A stretch of 64,000 nucleotides of DNA, from positions 62,001 through 126,000 of IMG/VR virus record IMGVR_UViG_3300009108_000751. One strand, given 5' to 3'. Made by a program: the position numbers and the translations under genes. Below the pieces are notes generated by a model. That model was not told the origin of the DNA. It saw nothing but the letters and a program-made list of their open reading frames with translations, and ran no database searches. Every line of letters begins with the position of its first letter. The stretch's first letter is position 1. This document shows, piece by piece, positions 1 through 9,609 of the stretch.

Positions 1-864
1 ATTAACTGCCACTCCTACAAGACTTATGAGCTTGTTAGTCAGAGACACCCGACAAAAACTAATTTTATACCTCATGCTCTTCCGGAAGACATTTACTTTC
101 CTATGAAACCCGAGGAGGTTAAGTCAAATAAAAAGCTTCTTTTAGGTGAAGATAGACTAGATCACTTTACTGGAATCTGGATTAATCGAAACGCTAAGCG
201 CAAAAGACCGAATGATGTCTTGATGTCTTGGAAGATGTTTTTAGATGACCTGGAAAAAAAGCACGGTCATAGAAATGCAACTTTGATCATGCACACTGAC
301 CCTTTTGATCAAGAGGGCCCAAATCTACAGAGCACAATGGAGCTACTTGGTATTGTAGATAACGTCTCTATATCAGCGCAGAGGATAGACTTTAATCAAA
401 TGAATGTCCTTCATAACATATCTGATTTCTGTGTCAATATTGCTCTGAATGAAGGATTTGGGTTAACCACCCTAGAATCAATGCAGTGTGGAAAACCGAT
501 AATCGCACTTAAGACAGGAGGCCTAACAAGGCAGGTAGTAGATCATAGAGATGGATCTGAGAACGGAATAGCGCTAGATCCTGATGTTAGATCTCTTGTG
601 GGGAGTCAAATGGTCCCCTATATTTACGAAGACTACTGCAAAAATGAAAGTACTTCTGAGGCTTTTATGAAGATGTATGAGCTCGGACCAGAAGGTAGAA
701 AGAAACTAGGGCAAAAAGCTAGAGAATATGTGCTGTCAGAATTCAAGCTTGAAAAGACTGTTGATTTGTGGGATGAGAGCTTAACAAAGCTCATCGAAGA
801 CTGGAAAAATGACAGGGAAAAAATCTATAAACCCTGGAGAATGAAAGAGATGTCAGGAAAATGA
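1..864 (+). CDS. Glycosyltransferase family 4 (GT-B), 5'-truncated by window edge
   Basis: Frame is open from base 1 (INCHSY...) into the listed ORF at 103; INRNAKRKR and ALNEGFGLTTLESMQCGKPIIA match the GT4 E-x-F-G-x4-E motif. Confidence 0.9.
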   Translation: MNCHSYKTYELVSQRHPTKTNFIPHALPEDIYFPMKPEEVKSNKKLLLGEDRLDHFTGIWINRNAKRKRPNDVLMSWKMFLDDLEKKHGHRNATLIMHTDPFDQEGPNLQSTMELLGIVDNVSISAQRIDFNQMNVLHNISDFCVNIALNEGFGLTTLESMQCGKPIIALKTGGLTRQVVDHRDGSENGIALDPDVRSLVGSQMVPYIYEDYCKNESTSEAFMKMYELGPEGRKKLGQKAREYVLSEFKLEKTVDLWDESLTKLIEDWKNDREKIYKPWRMKEMSGK

Positions 865-2027
865 GAAAAGTTGTTTTAAGAGCACCTGTTCTTACACAAA
901 GTGGATACGGAGTTCACAGCAGGCAAGTGGCACGCTGGCTCATCGGCTTAGCAGAAACTAACCAGATCAACTTGACAATTCAATGCGTGCCCTGGGGTGA
1001 TACTACGTGGTTTACTAATGGCGATGCACTTGAGGGATTAATTAATAAGATTTTCAAATATTCGGGAGGAGAGGTTCAAGATGCCGACGTTTCCTTCCAA
1101 GTGATTCTTCCAAATGAGTGGCAAAATATTGCCAAGTATAATGTGGGAATAACTGCAGGAATAGAGACAGATAGGTGCCATCCCAGCTGGATAAACGCAG
1201 TAAACTCTATGCACGCTGTAGTAGTACCGTCAGAGCATGCCAAGAAATGCTTTACAAATACGGGAAGAATAAACAAGGATATTATTGTTATTCCTGAGTC
1301 TTTCCCGGATGTTCTCACCCAAGAACCAGATCTTGAAAAATTTGACTTTAACACCGACTTCAATTTTCTTGTTTTCGGGCAGCTTACAGCCATGAATTTT
1401 CAAGATGATAGAAAAAATATTTTCAACACGCTTAAGGTTCTGGTCAATACTTTCAAAGATAAGGAAGATGTCGGGATTATTCTAAAGTCTAATGTAGGTC
1501 GATCTACAATCATGGATTTTAAGCAAATTCAGGGAGTTTTGACTGCACTCTTAAAATCTATAGGGCACAAAGGAAGTCCAAAAGTTTATCTCTTGCATGG
1601 AAATATGTCTGATGACGATCTACGTGATCTTTATAAGCACCCGAAAGTTAAAGCCCTTGTAACGATGACAAGAGGAGAAGGCTTTGGCCTACCGATCTTA
1701 GAATCAGCTGCATGCGGAGTTCCTGTCGCCGCCACACGCTGGTCAGCCCATACTGATTACATGAAAAGAGATTCTTATTTGAATATCAAATACGATCTTG
1801 TAGAGGTTAGCGATTCCAGAGTTGACGGTAATCTGTTTATCAAGGGAATGAAGTGGGCAGAAGCAAGTGAAAAATCTGCATCTGAGGAGTTAGAAAAGCT
1901 TTATAAGTATTATTCTGTTTATGATAAAAGAGCTCGTGCACACCAGGAGGTAATCCTTGAAAGTCACAGCTTTGATTCGATTCAGGGCAAATACCAAGAG
2001 CATTTTTATAAGCTACTATGTTCATAG
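861..2027 (+). CDS. Glycosyltransferase family 4 (GT-B)
   Basis: TQSGYGVHSR N-terminus and TRGEGFGLPILESAACGVPVAAT motif; ATGA overlap with upstream gene. Confidence 0.9.
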   Translation: MRKVVLRAPVLTQSGYGVHSRQVARWLIGLAETNQINLTIQCVPWGDTTWFTNGDALEGLINKIFKYSGGEVQDADVSFQVILPNEWQNIAKYNVGITAGIETDRCHPSWINAVNSMHAVVVPSEHAKKCFTNTGRINKDIIVIPESFPDVLTQEPDLEKFDFNTDFNFLVFGQLTAMNFQDDRKNIFNTLKVLVNTFKDKEDVGIILKSNVGRSTIMDFKQIQGVLTALLKSIGHKGSPKVYLLHGNMSDDDLRDLYKHPKVKALVTMTRGEGFGLPILESAACGVPVAATRWSAHTDYMKRDSYLNIKYDLVEVSDSRVDGNLFIKGMKWAEASEKSASEELEKLYKYYSVYDKRARAHQEVILESHSFDSIQGKYQEHFYKLLCS

Positions 2028-2299
2028 GCCTGATTACATTAAGTATAATATGCGCCATCCAGTTCTTTTTTATAGTTAGATTTGCAAGAGCTGTATTTCA
2101 ATTTGAAGACAGGATCGAGATCGCGCTAGATAAGATAGATGAGTCTTACAGCGTAATTAGTGAGATATTAGAGCGACCTCTTTTTTTTGACAGTCCTGAA
2201 ATTAGAGAAGTTCATAGGCAGATTGGCATGGTCAACACCTATTTACTGAGTGTCGCAAGCGACTTGGCTAATGTTGAAGTCGATCAAGAAGAGGAATGA
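2018..2299 (+). CDS. Small protein with N-terminal transmembrane helix, unknown function
   Basis: Hydrophobic first ~24 aa followed by helical acidic region; fills gap between GT and sigma genes. Confidence 0.6.
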   Translation: MFIGLITLSIICAIQFFFIVRFARAVFQFEDRIEIALDKIDESYSVISEILERPLFFDSPEIREVHRQIGMVNTYLLSVASDLANVEVDQEEE

Positions 2300-2302
2300 G
2301 AT

Positions 2303-3070
2303 TTGACAACTACCAAAAAAGGCAAAGGTAAGCGCAGAAGAAAAAATACAGATCCCAAAGTAGCCCAAAAGAAAAAGCAGATAAAGCTGTATTTTAATGA
2401 AGGTACGCAGAAAGCAATAGAAGAATTCCAGGCGGCAGAAACTGATGAAGAAAAAAATAAGATCTACACTGAGTCTATTCTTCCGGCATTTGACAAGCTT
2501 TCAGAAAACTTAATCTTCATTCATAAGTTCACATCACTTCATGAATCTTACGAGGATTTAAAAAATGACTGCGTTACTTTTCTATATGAGACGCTTTATA
2601 AGTTTGATCCATCGAGAGGGACAAAGGCGTTTTCATATTTTAATGTCGTTGCAAAGAATTTTTTGATTATTAAGTCTAAGCAGAAGACAGCTTTTTTAAG
2701 GAGAAGCGTAAGTATAGAAGATGAAAGAATGTTTTCTGCGGGAGAAAGGCACTCTTACCAAGAAAAAAATGTAGTCGATAGTCCCGTAGCATCTCTGGTA
2801 AAAGAAGATGATCTTAGGCTGATATTTGGTATGCTTAAGCACCTCACAGGAGAGGCGAGAACTGACAATGAAAAAGCTTGCATCAACGCAATCACTACGC
2901 TGTTTGAAAACGCAAATGATCTAGAGTTTCTAAATAAGCGTGCAGTTTTTGTCTATCTTAGAGAGATGAGCGGACTATCACCTAAACAGCTTACGACTAC
3001 GATATCCAACCTTAAGAAAAAATATAGAGCATTGAAAGAAAACGATGAGTTCAGAATCTTCTTCGAATGA
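2303..3070 (+). CDS. gp55: T4 gp55-like late-transcription sigma factor (TTG start)
   Basis: EDLKNDCVTFLYETLYKFDPSRGTKAFSYFNVVAKNFLI resembles sigma region 2 of gp55 (F-D/N-P-x-K/R...FxYF); YFN motif after basic N-tail; no region 4 seen. Confidence 0.8.
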   Translation: MTTTKKGKGKRRRKNTDPKVAQKKKQIKLYFNEGTQKAIEEFQAAETDEEKNKIYTESILPAFDKLSENLIFIHKFTSLHESYEDLKNDCVTFLYETLYKFDPSRGTKAFSYFNVVAKNFLIIKSKQKTAFLRRSVSIEDERMFSAGERHSYQEKNVVDSPVASLVKEDDLRLIFGMLKHLTGEARTDNEKACINAITTLFENANDLEFLNKRAVFVYLREMSGLSPKQLTTTISNLKKKYRALKENDEFRIFFE

Positions 3071-3368
3071 TCCAAAATCTAAAGAAGAGATTTGGACAGA
3101 AATATATCAGAATGCCTTCCAGGATAGGGAGAAAGCTAGTATGCTGGTTACCAATCTGTGGAAGGAAATAACAGCCGACCCGGAAAAACATATCCTGTAC
3201 GGAACTACAGTATCAAAATACCTAGAAAGAATGGCAAAGTCAAACGACCAGCTTGTTAAGCTAGCAGAGCTTATGCAAAAATCTGATATCGTTGCTGAAG
3301 AAGAAGATATTGACTTAGACGACGTGTACAGCAAGATGGATACAGTAAAAATAAAGCCGTCAGAGTAA
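3045..3368 (+). CDS. Hypothetical helical protein downstream of sigma factor
   Basis: 107-aa ORF overlapping sigma stop, helical/coiled pattern, acidic C-terminus. Confidence 0.65.
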   Translation: MSSESSSNDPKSKEEIWTEIYQNAFQDREKASMLVTNLWKEITADPEKHILYGTTVSKYLERMAKSNDQLVKLAELMQKSDIVAEEEDIDLDDVYSKMDTVKIKPSE

Positions 3369-3371
3369 ATT

Positions 3372-5018
3372 ATGAGCATGGAAGATTTAAAACATGGCGG
3401 TGACGTCCTCCCCGTACTTAATCAAAATTCAACAGTCATCAAGCAGGCATTGGTCCTGGAAATTGTTGATAACCCGGCTCAATTCAAAAATAATGACTTT
3501 CTTGATGTATTTCTCAAGAAGATCGGAAATGCTCCTACTCCCTATTTGAAGACTAGTCTACCAGGTCCTCTTAGAAGGCAGCTCAAGATGGCTCCGAGAA
3601 ATGCCGTGATTGCTATCTTGCTAGACGATACAAATGCAGCCTCCGGCGGCGCAAAGCTTTTTTATCCTCTTTTTTCCCAGCATTTATCCCTCCCAGTAAA
3701 ACCAGGAGAAAACGTATGGATTATCTCTGAAGCGCTACAAAGTCAATTCAGTGTAACTAAGAGCGAGGTACCGCAAGGAGATTCTGCAGTCGACGGAGAA
3801 TTAATTTGTAGCGGATACTGGATGTCAAGAGTAGTAGCTCCTGACTATGCAGACGATATAAATTTCACTCACGCCGATCGAAGCCGAAGCCAGGAATATG
3901 TTAACCAGCAAAAAGGAAAACGGCCAGCCCAGCTGGCACCCCCGCCGTTTCACAATGGTATTTATTCTAATGATCCTGAAAATCCAGGGTTGGTAAACAC
4001 TTACACTTTGCCGGCCACTAATGATTACAACAGAATCTACATAGAATCTCAATCTAATAGAAGGACGACTAGAGAGCCTGTTCCAGAATTTACCAAGCGC
4101 CCGGGTGATATAGTAATTCAGGGTTCTAACAATGCTTTGATCTGTGTAGGTGAGGATCGACCTAATCCTGGTAACGGTGAGTCCAACGTAAATTACAAAT
4201 CTGAGGCTCCTCTTGAAAAACCACGCCTCGATGCAAAAGCAGGCACTATTGACATGGTCGCCGGAAGAGCCCTGATTAGAGAGGGCGAAAGCTTTAAGTT
4301 CGATCCAGAAAAAATAACTACGGTTGCTAATGCCCGTGAAGGTGAAACAGAGAAAGAAAAGAGATCCTGGGCAAAACCCAATAATGAGCCGTCTCAAAAG
4401 ATAAACGAGGGTGACATAAGCTTTATTAAGGATCTTTCTCGAGTTTATATTTCTATGAAGACAGACGGTGACAAGAACCTTGGATATGAGGAGCCTAAGT
4501 TTCTTCCAAAGATAGGTGAAGAATTTCCTTCTGCTCCTGTAGACAGTTCTGCTTACGTGATATCACGTGCCAAAGAGATAAGAATAGTTGCAGCTCAAGA
4601 AAGAGACGAAGAAGGTGCAATATCCACTGATGTTGCTACTGCAGGCAGCATCCGCATAATCAAAGAAGGTACGAGAGACGAAGATGGGCACTCAATTGAC
4701 CAGGGTGTCATCCAGTTCAATCCTGACGGAACATTAGTCATCGACAGTCCATCGATGATCATTGGCTCTGGTAAAGAGGGTGCAAATGGCGAAGGTACAC
4801 AGGTCTACATCGGAAATAATGCCACTGAACCCCTAGTTCTTGGAAACGCGCTAAGAGTCTTTTTAGGAAAGCTGCTAGGTGCTATGGAGGCAAATGCCCC
4901 CAATTTTGTCGCCACGGGCGTTGGGCCGGGCATATTAAACCCTGCAATTCTAAGTGAGATATCAGCTTTTAAAGCCCAGCTGGATACGATTCTCAGTAAG
5001 AATGCTAAGACTAAGTAG
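3372..5018 (+). CDS. Baseplate central spike/hub, gp5/VgrG-like, no lysozyme domain seen
   Basis: OB-fold-like segment SLPVKPGENVWII, GDIVIQGSNNALI, C-terminal beta-strand repeats and EPLVLGNAL; lies upstream of gp25-like gene. Confidence 0.65.
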   Translation: MSMEDLKHGGDVLPVLNQNSTVIKQALVLEIVDNPAQFKNNDFLDVFLKKIGNAPTPYLKTSLPGPLRRQLKMAPRNAVIAILLDDTNAASGGAKLFYPLFSQHLSLPVKPGENVWIISEALQSQFSVTKSEVPQGDSAVDGELICSGYWMSRVVAPDYADDINFTHADRSRSQEYVNQQKGKRPAQLAPPPFHNGIYSNDPENPGLVNTYTLPATNDYNRIYIESQSNRRTTREPVPEFTKRPGDIVIQGSNNALICVGEDRPNPGNGESNVNYKSEAPLEKPRLDAKAGTIDMVAGRALIREGESFKFDPEKITTVANAREGETEKEKRSWAKPNNEPSQKINEGDISFIKDLSRVYISMKTDGDKNLGYEEPKFLPKIGEEFPSAPVDSSAYVISRAKEIRIVAAQERDEEGAISTDVATAGSIRIIKEGTRDEDGHSIDQGVIQFNPDGTLVIDSPSMIIGSGKEGANGEGTQVYIGNNATEPLVLGNALRVFLGKLLGAMEANAPNFVATGVGPGILNPAILSEISAFKAQLDTILSKNAKTK

Positions 5019-5648
5019 ATGGCGCTCGACCAACAAAAGCTTGTAGATGGTCTAAAAGACGCTTTTGCAAAAGGCAGAGAAGTAGAAGAGAAAACTACAC
5101 AAGATGACCAGGGAAACGAGGTTAAGGTAAGCGAGGCTAAGAATAGTCAATCTGACATCGCCGGCTTTATCGCAGATGCCATCATCACCTATGCTAGTGA
5201 TGCCGAGATAATGATTCCCATACCTTCGACGTTAATAGTGATAGCACCTCCAGCCCCACCCGATGCAGCCTCTGCAGGCGCGAAGCTGAAAGTGAAAACT
5301 GCCCAAGTGGGAAAGCCCGCGCTTCAGACAGCTATTCTTACCAGCATGAACACACAAGATGTGGCGATGACTGCCATCACGAGCGGGATCGTGGCATACG
5401 TTGCGGCTTCATTTATTGCGTTTGCAAATTCCATCAATACCATCACAGGTGCAGGAGCTGCAGTGATGGCTGTACCACCTCTGTTGGTTACGCCTCTTGC
5501 TGTAGGAATAGCGGGAGGTGAGGAGGATGATGTGATCAATGCGATGGCTACTGTGATTCACGCTTCTTTTCTGAGTACCCTCTTTACGGGAGCAGGCGCT
5601 AATACTGCTCCACCTGCTGCAGGTCCAATTGTCAGTACTCTCATGTAG
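5019..5648 (+). CDS. Ala-rich hydrophobic protein, candidate spike-tip/spike-associated protein
   Basis: Between spike and gp25 genes; three imperfect D-x3-(I/M)(A/T)-x2-I-x2-(Y/S) helical repeats. Confidence 0.4.
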   Translation: MALDQQKLVDGLKDAFAKGREVEEKTTQDDQGNEVKVSEAKNSQSDIAGFIADAIITYASDAEIMIPIPSTLIVIAPPAPPDAASAGAKLKVKTAQVGKPALQTAILTSMNTQDVAMTAITSGIVAYVAASFIAFANSINTITGAGAAVMAVPPLLVTPLAVGIAGGEEDDVINAMATVIHASFLSTLFTGAGANTAPPAAGPIVSTLM

Positions 5649-5651
5649 AGT

Positions 5652-5660
5652 ATATTTAAC
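5652..5660 (+). promoter_or_regulatory. Candidate late promoter ATATTTAAC
   Basis: ATA-N-TTA motif in intergenic gap before gp25-like gene; recurs in most larger intergenic gaps. Confidence 0.55.
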
Positions 5661-5727
5661 TGTTGAGCATGAATACTGATTAATAAAGTCAGTGTAGTAG
5701 TTAGTTATCTACAGGGTTGTGTACAAA

Positions 5728-6201
5728 ATGGCAGCTATAAGCTTTAAGAACGTGGGTGAGAAACTCGACGAATATCAAAATCGTCAAGCAGACATTTCAC
5801 CTACACCTATCGGTATTGCTACTCCCTTAAGGCTGAGTACTACGCAGCAAGATATTTTTGAGATGCACTACGCATTACAAGATCAAATTGAGGATAACTT
5901 AAGAAACCTTATTTTGACAAACCACGGAGAAAGATTAGGTTTATATGACTTTGGTGCAAATTTACAACCCATACTTTTTTCTTTAACGGGCGCATCTTTT
6001 GAAACTGAGTGCATGAGAAGAATTAAGGTGGCAGCAAGAAAATATTTGCCCTTTATTGATCTGGAGACTTTTGAGGTAGCAACTGACAATAGATCAACAA
6101 GTAAGAGTCTTGCGACCATAGCAATCACCCTGGCGTATGGAATACCTGCCTTAGGTGTGACTGGTAAAAAGATGAGCGTCTTGCTCACTGCAGGAGGATA
6201 A
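5728..6201 (+). CDS. gp25: Baseplate wedge protein gp25-like (ATG 5728 preferred to GTG 5719)
   Basis: QIEDNLRNLILTNHGERLGLYDFGANLQPILF is the gp25/GPW signature; followed by KYLPFIDL. Confidence 0.9.
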   Translation: MAAISFKNVGEKLDEYQNRQADISPTPIGIATPLRLSTTQQDIFEMHYALQDQIEDNLRNLILTNHGERLGLYDFGANLQPILFSLTGASFETECMRRIKVAARKYLPFIDLETFEVATDNRSTSKSLATIAITLAYGIPALGVTGKKMSVLLTAGG

Positions 6202-6204
6202 TAA

Positions 6205-8049
6205 TTGTCGACAAATACAAAAAACAGGTTGACTGCGATTAGAAACAGGTCTTTTTTAAACAAAGACTTCGGAGAGTTTCGTTCACAACTACTCGATTAT
6301 GCCCAGACGTATTTCCCAGATAGGATCCAAGACTTTTCAGAAGCCTCACTTGGCGGTTTATTCCTGGACATGGCAGCATATGTCGGAGACGTAACTGCGT
6401 TCTACCTAGATCACCAATTTAGAGAGCTTGATCCAGAAACTGCTGTTGAAAGAGAAAATATCGAACGCCTCGCGCGTAACGCGGGTGTAGATATTAGAGG
6501 AGCCTCACCCGCTGTATCTGAAGTAACATTCACATTAAAGGTCTCTTCTCAAAAAGTTGGAACAATTTACCAGCCGGCACAATTCTCATTACCCGTGATC
6601 AAGAAGGGCACAACGGTTTCTTCTGATAGCGGAATTACATTTGAACTAACAGAAGACCTAGACTTTGCAGAAAGAAATGAGTTAAATCAATTTTTAGCAG
6701 AAGTAGAAGTAAACGAGTTCAACTCAGATGGGACTCCTAAGAATTATTTTGTATCACGAAAAGGAACTTGCGTCTCAGGAGAAAGAGCGACAGAAAACTT
6801 CACAATTCCGGATGATCATGTCCCTTTTAGAACGATCGTTCTTGCTAATAGCAATGTAAGCGAAATACTAGATGTTAGAGATGATGACGGGAACGAATAC
6901 TATGAAGTGGACGCCCTTACGCAAGATACTGTATTTACAGCAATTCCTAATTTAGACGATGACAATAAAATTGTTAATGACATGATTGCCATCAAGTCGG
7001 CACCTCGTCGATTTGTAAAAGAGGGATCTTCAACCACGGGATTGACTACCCTTCGATTCGGATCTGGAAATCCAGGAACACTCGATGGAGATCTTATTCC
7101 TGATCCATCTGAATTGGCGCTACCTCTTTTTGGAAAGAAGACATTTTCTAAATTCACTATAGACCCAAACAATCTTTTAAAAACAAGAACGCTCGGTCTC
7201 TCGCCTAGAAATACAACCCTGCAAGTTCAATATAGATCCGGAGGAGGCTTGACGCATAACGTATCTGCAAGATCAATAAGCTCAGTTGCCGGACTTATCC
7301 TGGTATTTGAAAAATCTCCAACAGCAGCCGAAGCCCAAGCAGTTAGGGCATCGCTGTTTGTTACGAATGATGCCGAGGCATCGGGAGGAGAAGATCCTCT
7401 CACAATTGAGGAGATAAGAAGCCTTATCTCCGCTGCAAAAAATTCTCAAAATAGAATCGTAAGCAAGCAAGATCTACTATCTAGAATTTATACGATGCCT
7501 TCAACATTTGGAAGGGTTTTCCGAGCTGGAGTATCTGCCAGCGCCAGGAATCCTCTAGCAACTTCTCTTTTTATAGTCAATAGAGATATCGACGGAAGGC
7601 TTACGCTTTCTCCTGATGCTCTCAAGAAAAATTTAGTGACATACCTAAACGAGTTCAGGTTGATATCAGATGCTATTGATATACTTGATGCACCGATCGT
7701 TAATATAGGAGCTGAATTTAAAATAGCAGTTGATCCAAATTTTAGTCCTGATGCAGTTCTTAGATCTTGTATTGGAAAAATTATTAACTACACTAATGTT
7801 GAAAATTTTCAAATCGGAGAACCGATAAGGCAGTCTGATTTGATCAATTTAGTTTATAACACCCCGGGAGTTCTTTCTGTCGTCGATTTAAAGGTTGTCA
7901 ATAAGACGGGCAGTGAAGGTACTAGAAGTTACTCTCAGGTTGTCCACAATATACCTGTTAATACACGCAAGGGTTTGATCTTTCCTCCTGAGGGAGGAAT
8001 TTTTGAAGTTAAATTTCCTAGCCTAGATATTAAAGGTGCGATAGTTTGA
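6205..8049 (+). CDS. gp6: Baseplate wedge gp6 / baseplate J-like (TTG start)
   Basis: FLNKDFGEFRSQLLDYAQTYFP, DFSEASLGGLFLDMAAYVGD, LRFGSG, ASGGEDPLTIEEIR, RIVSKQD motifs. Confidence 0.9.
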   Translation: MSTNTKNRLTAIRNRSFLNKDFGEFRSQLLDYAQTYFPDRIQDFSEASLGGLFLDMAAYVGDVTAFYLDHQFRELDPETAVERENIERLARNAGVDIRGASPAVSEVTFTLKVSSQKVGTIYQPAQFSLPVIKKGTTVSSDSGITFELTEDLDFAERNELNQFLAEVEVNEFNSDGTPKNYFVSRKGTCVSGERATENFTIPDDHVPFRTIVLANSNVSEILDVRDDDGNEYYEVDALTQDTVFTAIPNLDDDNKIVNDMIAIKSAPRRFVKEGSSTTGLTTLRFGSGNPGTLDGDLIPDPSELALPLFGKKTFSKFTIDPNNLLKTRTLGLSPRNTTLQVQYRSGGGLTHNVSARSISSVAGLILVFEKSPTAAEAQAVRASLFVTNDAEASGGEDPLTIEEIRSLISAAKNSQNRIVSKQDLLSRIYTMPSTFGRVFRAGVSASARNPLATSLFIVNRDIDGRLTLSPDALKKNLVTYLNEFRLISDAIDILDAPIVNIGAEFKIAVDPNFSPDAVLRSCIGKIINYTNVENFQIGEPIRQSDLINLVYNTPGVLSVVDLKVVNKTGSEGTRSYSQVVHNIPVNTRKGLIFPPEGGIFEVKFPSLDIKGAIV

Positions 8050-8058
8050 GGTACATAG

Positions 8059-9609
8059 ATGTATAGACGACTAAAGGCTACTAAAGACACTTACATTACT
8101 AATAAGATTATTCGTAATAGTTTTAGGGCAACTGATTCCAATGTAGGCGAAGGAGCTACTCTAGATCTTTTTAAGCTTTATAATGAGAATAAGATTGCTG
8201 GTGATGACACTCCTATTGAGCTTACTCGGATTCTAATAAAATTTGACTTGAATCCCCTGCGCGCCCTCACGGGAAGCATACTTGACATAGACAGCACTTC
8301 CTTTAGGTGTGACTTAAAGCTTCACGATGTGTACGGAGGTCAAACTCTTCCTTCTAATTTCAAGGTTGCAGTCTTTCCTCTTTCACGATCATTTGATGAA
8401 GGAGTAGGAAGAGATGTTGTAAAGTTTCAAGACATCGACGCCGCCAACTTTATCACATCATCTGTGACAAATGCATCTCCCACGACCTGGCACCTTACAG
8501 GGGCAAATAAGCAAGGCCTTTTGGGTGCAGCGGATCTGGATATAATATCGTCTGGTAACTTAAACGATGGCGACGGTGTCGCTTTCTTGTATAGCGAGCA
8601 GACTTTCTTAGATGGTACTGAGGATCTTTCTGTCGATGTGACAAAGGTAGTTTCTGCTACATTAGCAAACCAGATACCTGATTTTGGATTTAGAATATCC
8701 TTTTCAGGAACGCAAGAGACAGATACAAAATCTAGATTTGTTAAGCGCTTTGCATCTCGCCACAATAGCAACACAAGAAAACAACCCTCTCTAGACGTTA
8801 GATATGACGATACTATTCAAGATTATCATAAGTCCTTCTTTTTTAACCTCTCAGGATCAATCTTTCTAAACAATTTTGAAAGAGGGCATGCGGCAAACGT
8901 AGTATCAGGCGCCGCCCTAACCCAGATCTCAGGCGACGATTGCATGAATTTAAAATTGCAGACGGGGTCGTACCAGAAAGTAGTATTGGCATCGCAGCAC
9001 TCTTACCCTGGAGGAACTTTGTTTTCCACCGGCGTATACTCAGCTTCATTTGCAATTGATAGCTTTGGTTCTTCTTCTGTAGACAATAACAATACGCTTG
9101 AGGATTTCATAAGGGACAGCGGATCAGTAACATTCACAACGTTTTGGCAGTCTATAGATGAAACAGTAGGTTACCATACGGGAAGCCTTAAAGTTATGGC
9201 TTCTGATACAACAGCATTTGATAATGATCCTGTTAGGTACACCCTGAATATAGCAAATCTTAAGGGAGCTTATAAGTCTGGACAAAAAGTTAGGCTAAGA
9301 ATGGTTGCTTTTGATGCAGACGAACAAGTAAAAGCCCTTAAGCTTCCGCTTTATCGATCTAGCATGATTTTAACCAAGTGCTATTATAGAATTAGAGACA
9401 CATACTCAGACGATGTAGTTATTCCTTTTGATGATGGCGACGGATATAATGGTACCCTTATGTCAACCGATTCAAAAGGAATGTATTTTGATATTTTTAC
9501 CGACGACCTGGACATGGGAAGAGTTTTCACAATTGATGTGAAGATAAAGAGAGATAACTCAACTCAAATATTCAAAAATGTCGGAGGAACTTTTAGGATA
9601 GATCCCTAA
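8059..9609 (+). CDS. Baseplate/virion structural protein with DNRLRE-like N-terminal beta domain
   Basis: KATKDTYIT...RILIKFDL...LKLHD...PLSRSFDEGVG pattern; baseplate operon context; GAGGT RBS at 8048. Confidence 0.55.
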   Translation: MYRRLKATKDTYITNKIIRNSFRATDSNVGEGATLDLFKLYNENKIAGDDTPIELTRILIKFDLNPLRALTGSILDIDSTSFRCDLKLHDVYGGQTLPSNFKVAVFPLSRSFDEGVGRDVVKFQDIDAANFITSSVTNASPTTWHLTGANKQGLLGAADLDIISSGNLNDGDGVAFLYSEQTFLDGTEDLSVDVTKVVSATLANQIPDFGFRISFSGTQETDTKSRFVKRFASRHNSNTRKQPSLDVRYDDTIQDYHKSFFFNLSGSIFLNNFERGHAANVVSGAALTQISGDDCMNLKLQTGSYQKVVLASQHSYPGGTLFSTGVYSASFAIDSFGSSSVDNNNTLEDFIRDSGSVTFTTFWQSIDETVGYHTGSLKVMASDTTAFDNDPVRYTLNIANLKGAYKSGQKVRLRMVAFDADEQVKALKLPLYRSSMILTKCYYRIRDTYSDDVVIPFDDGDGYNGTLMSTDSKGMYFDIFTDDLDMGRVFTIDVKIKRDNSTQIFKNVGGTFRIDP

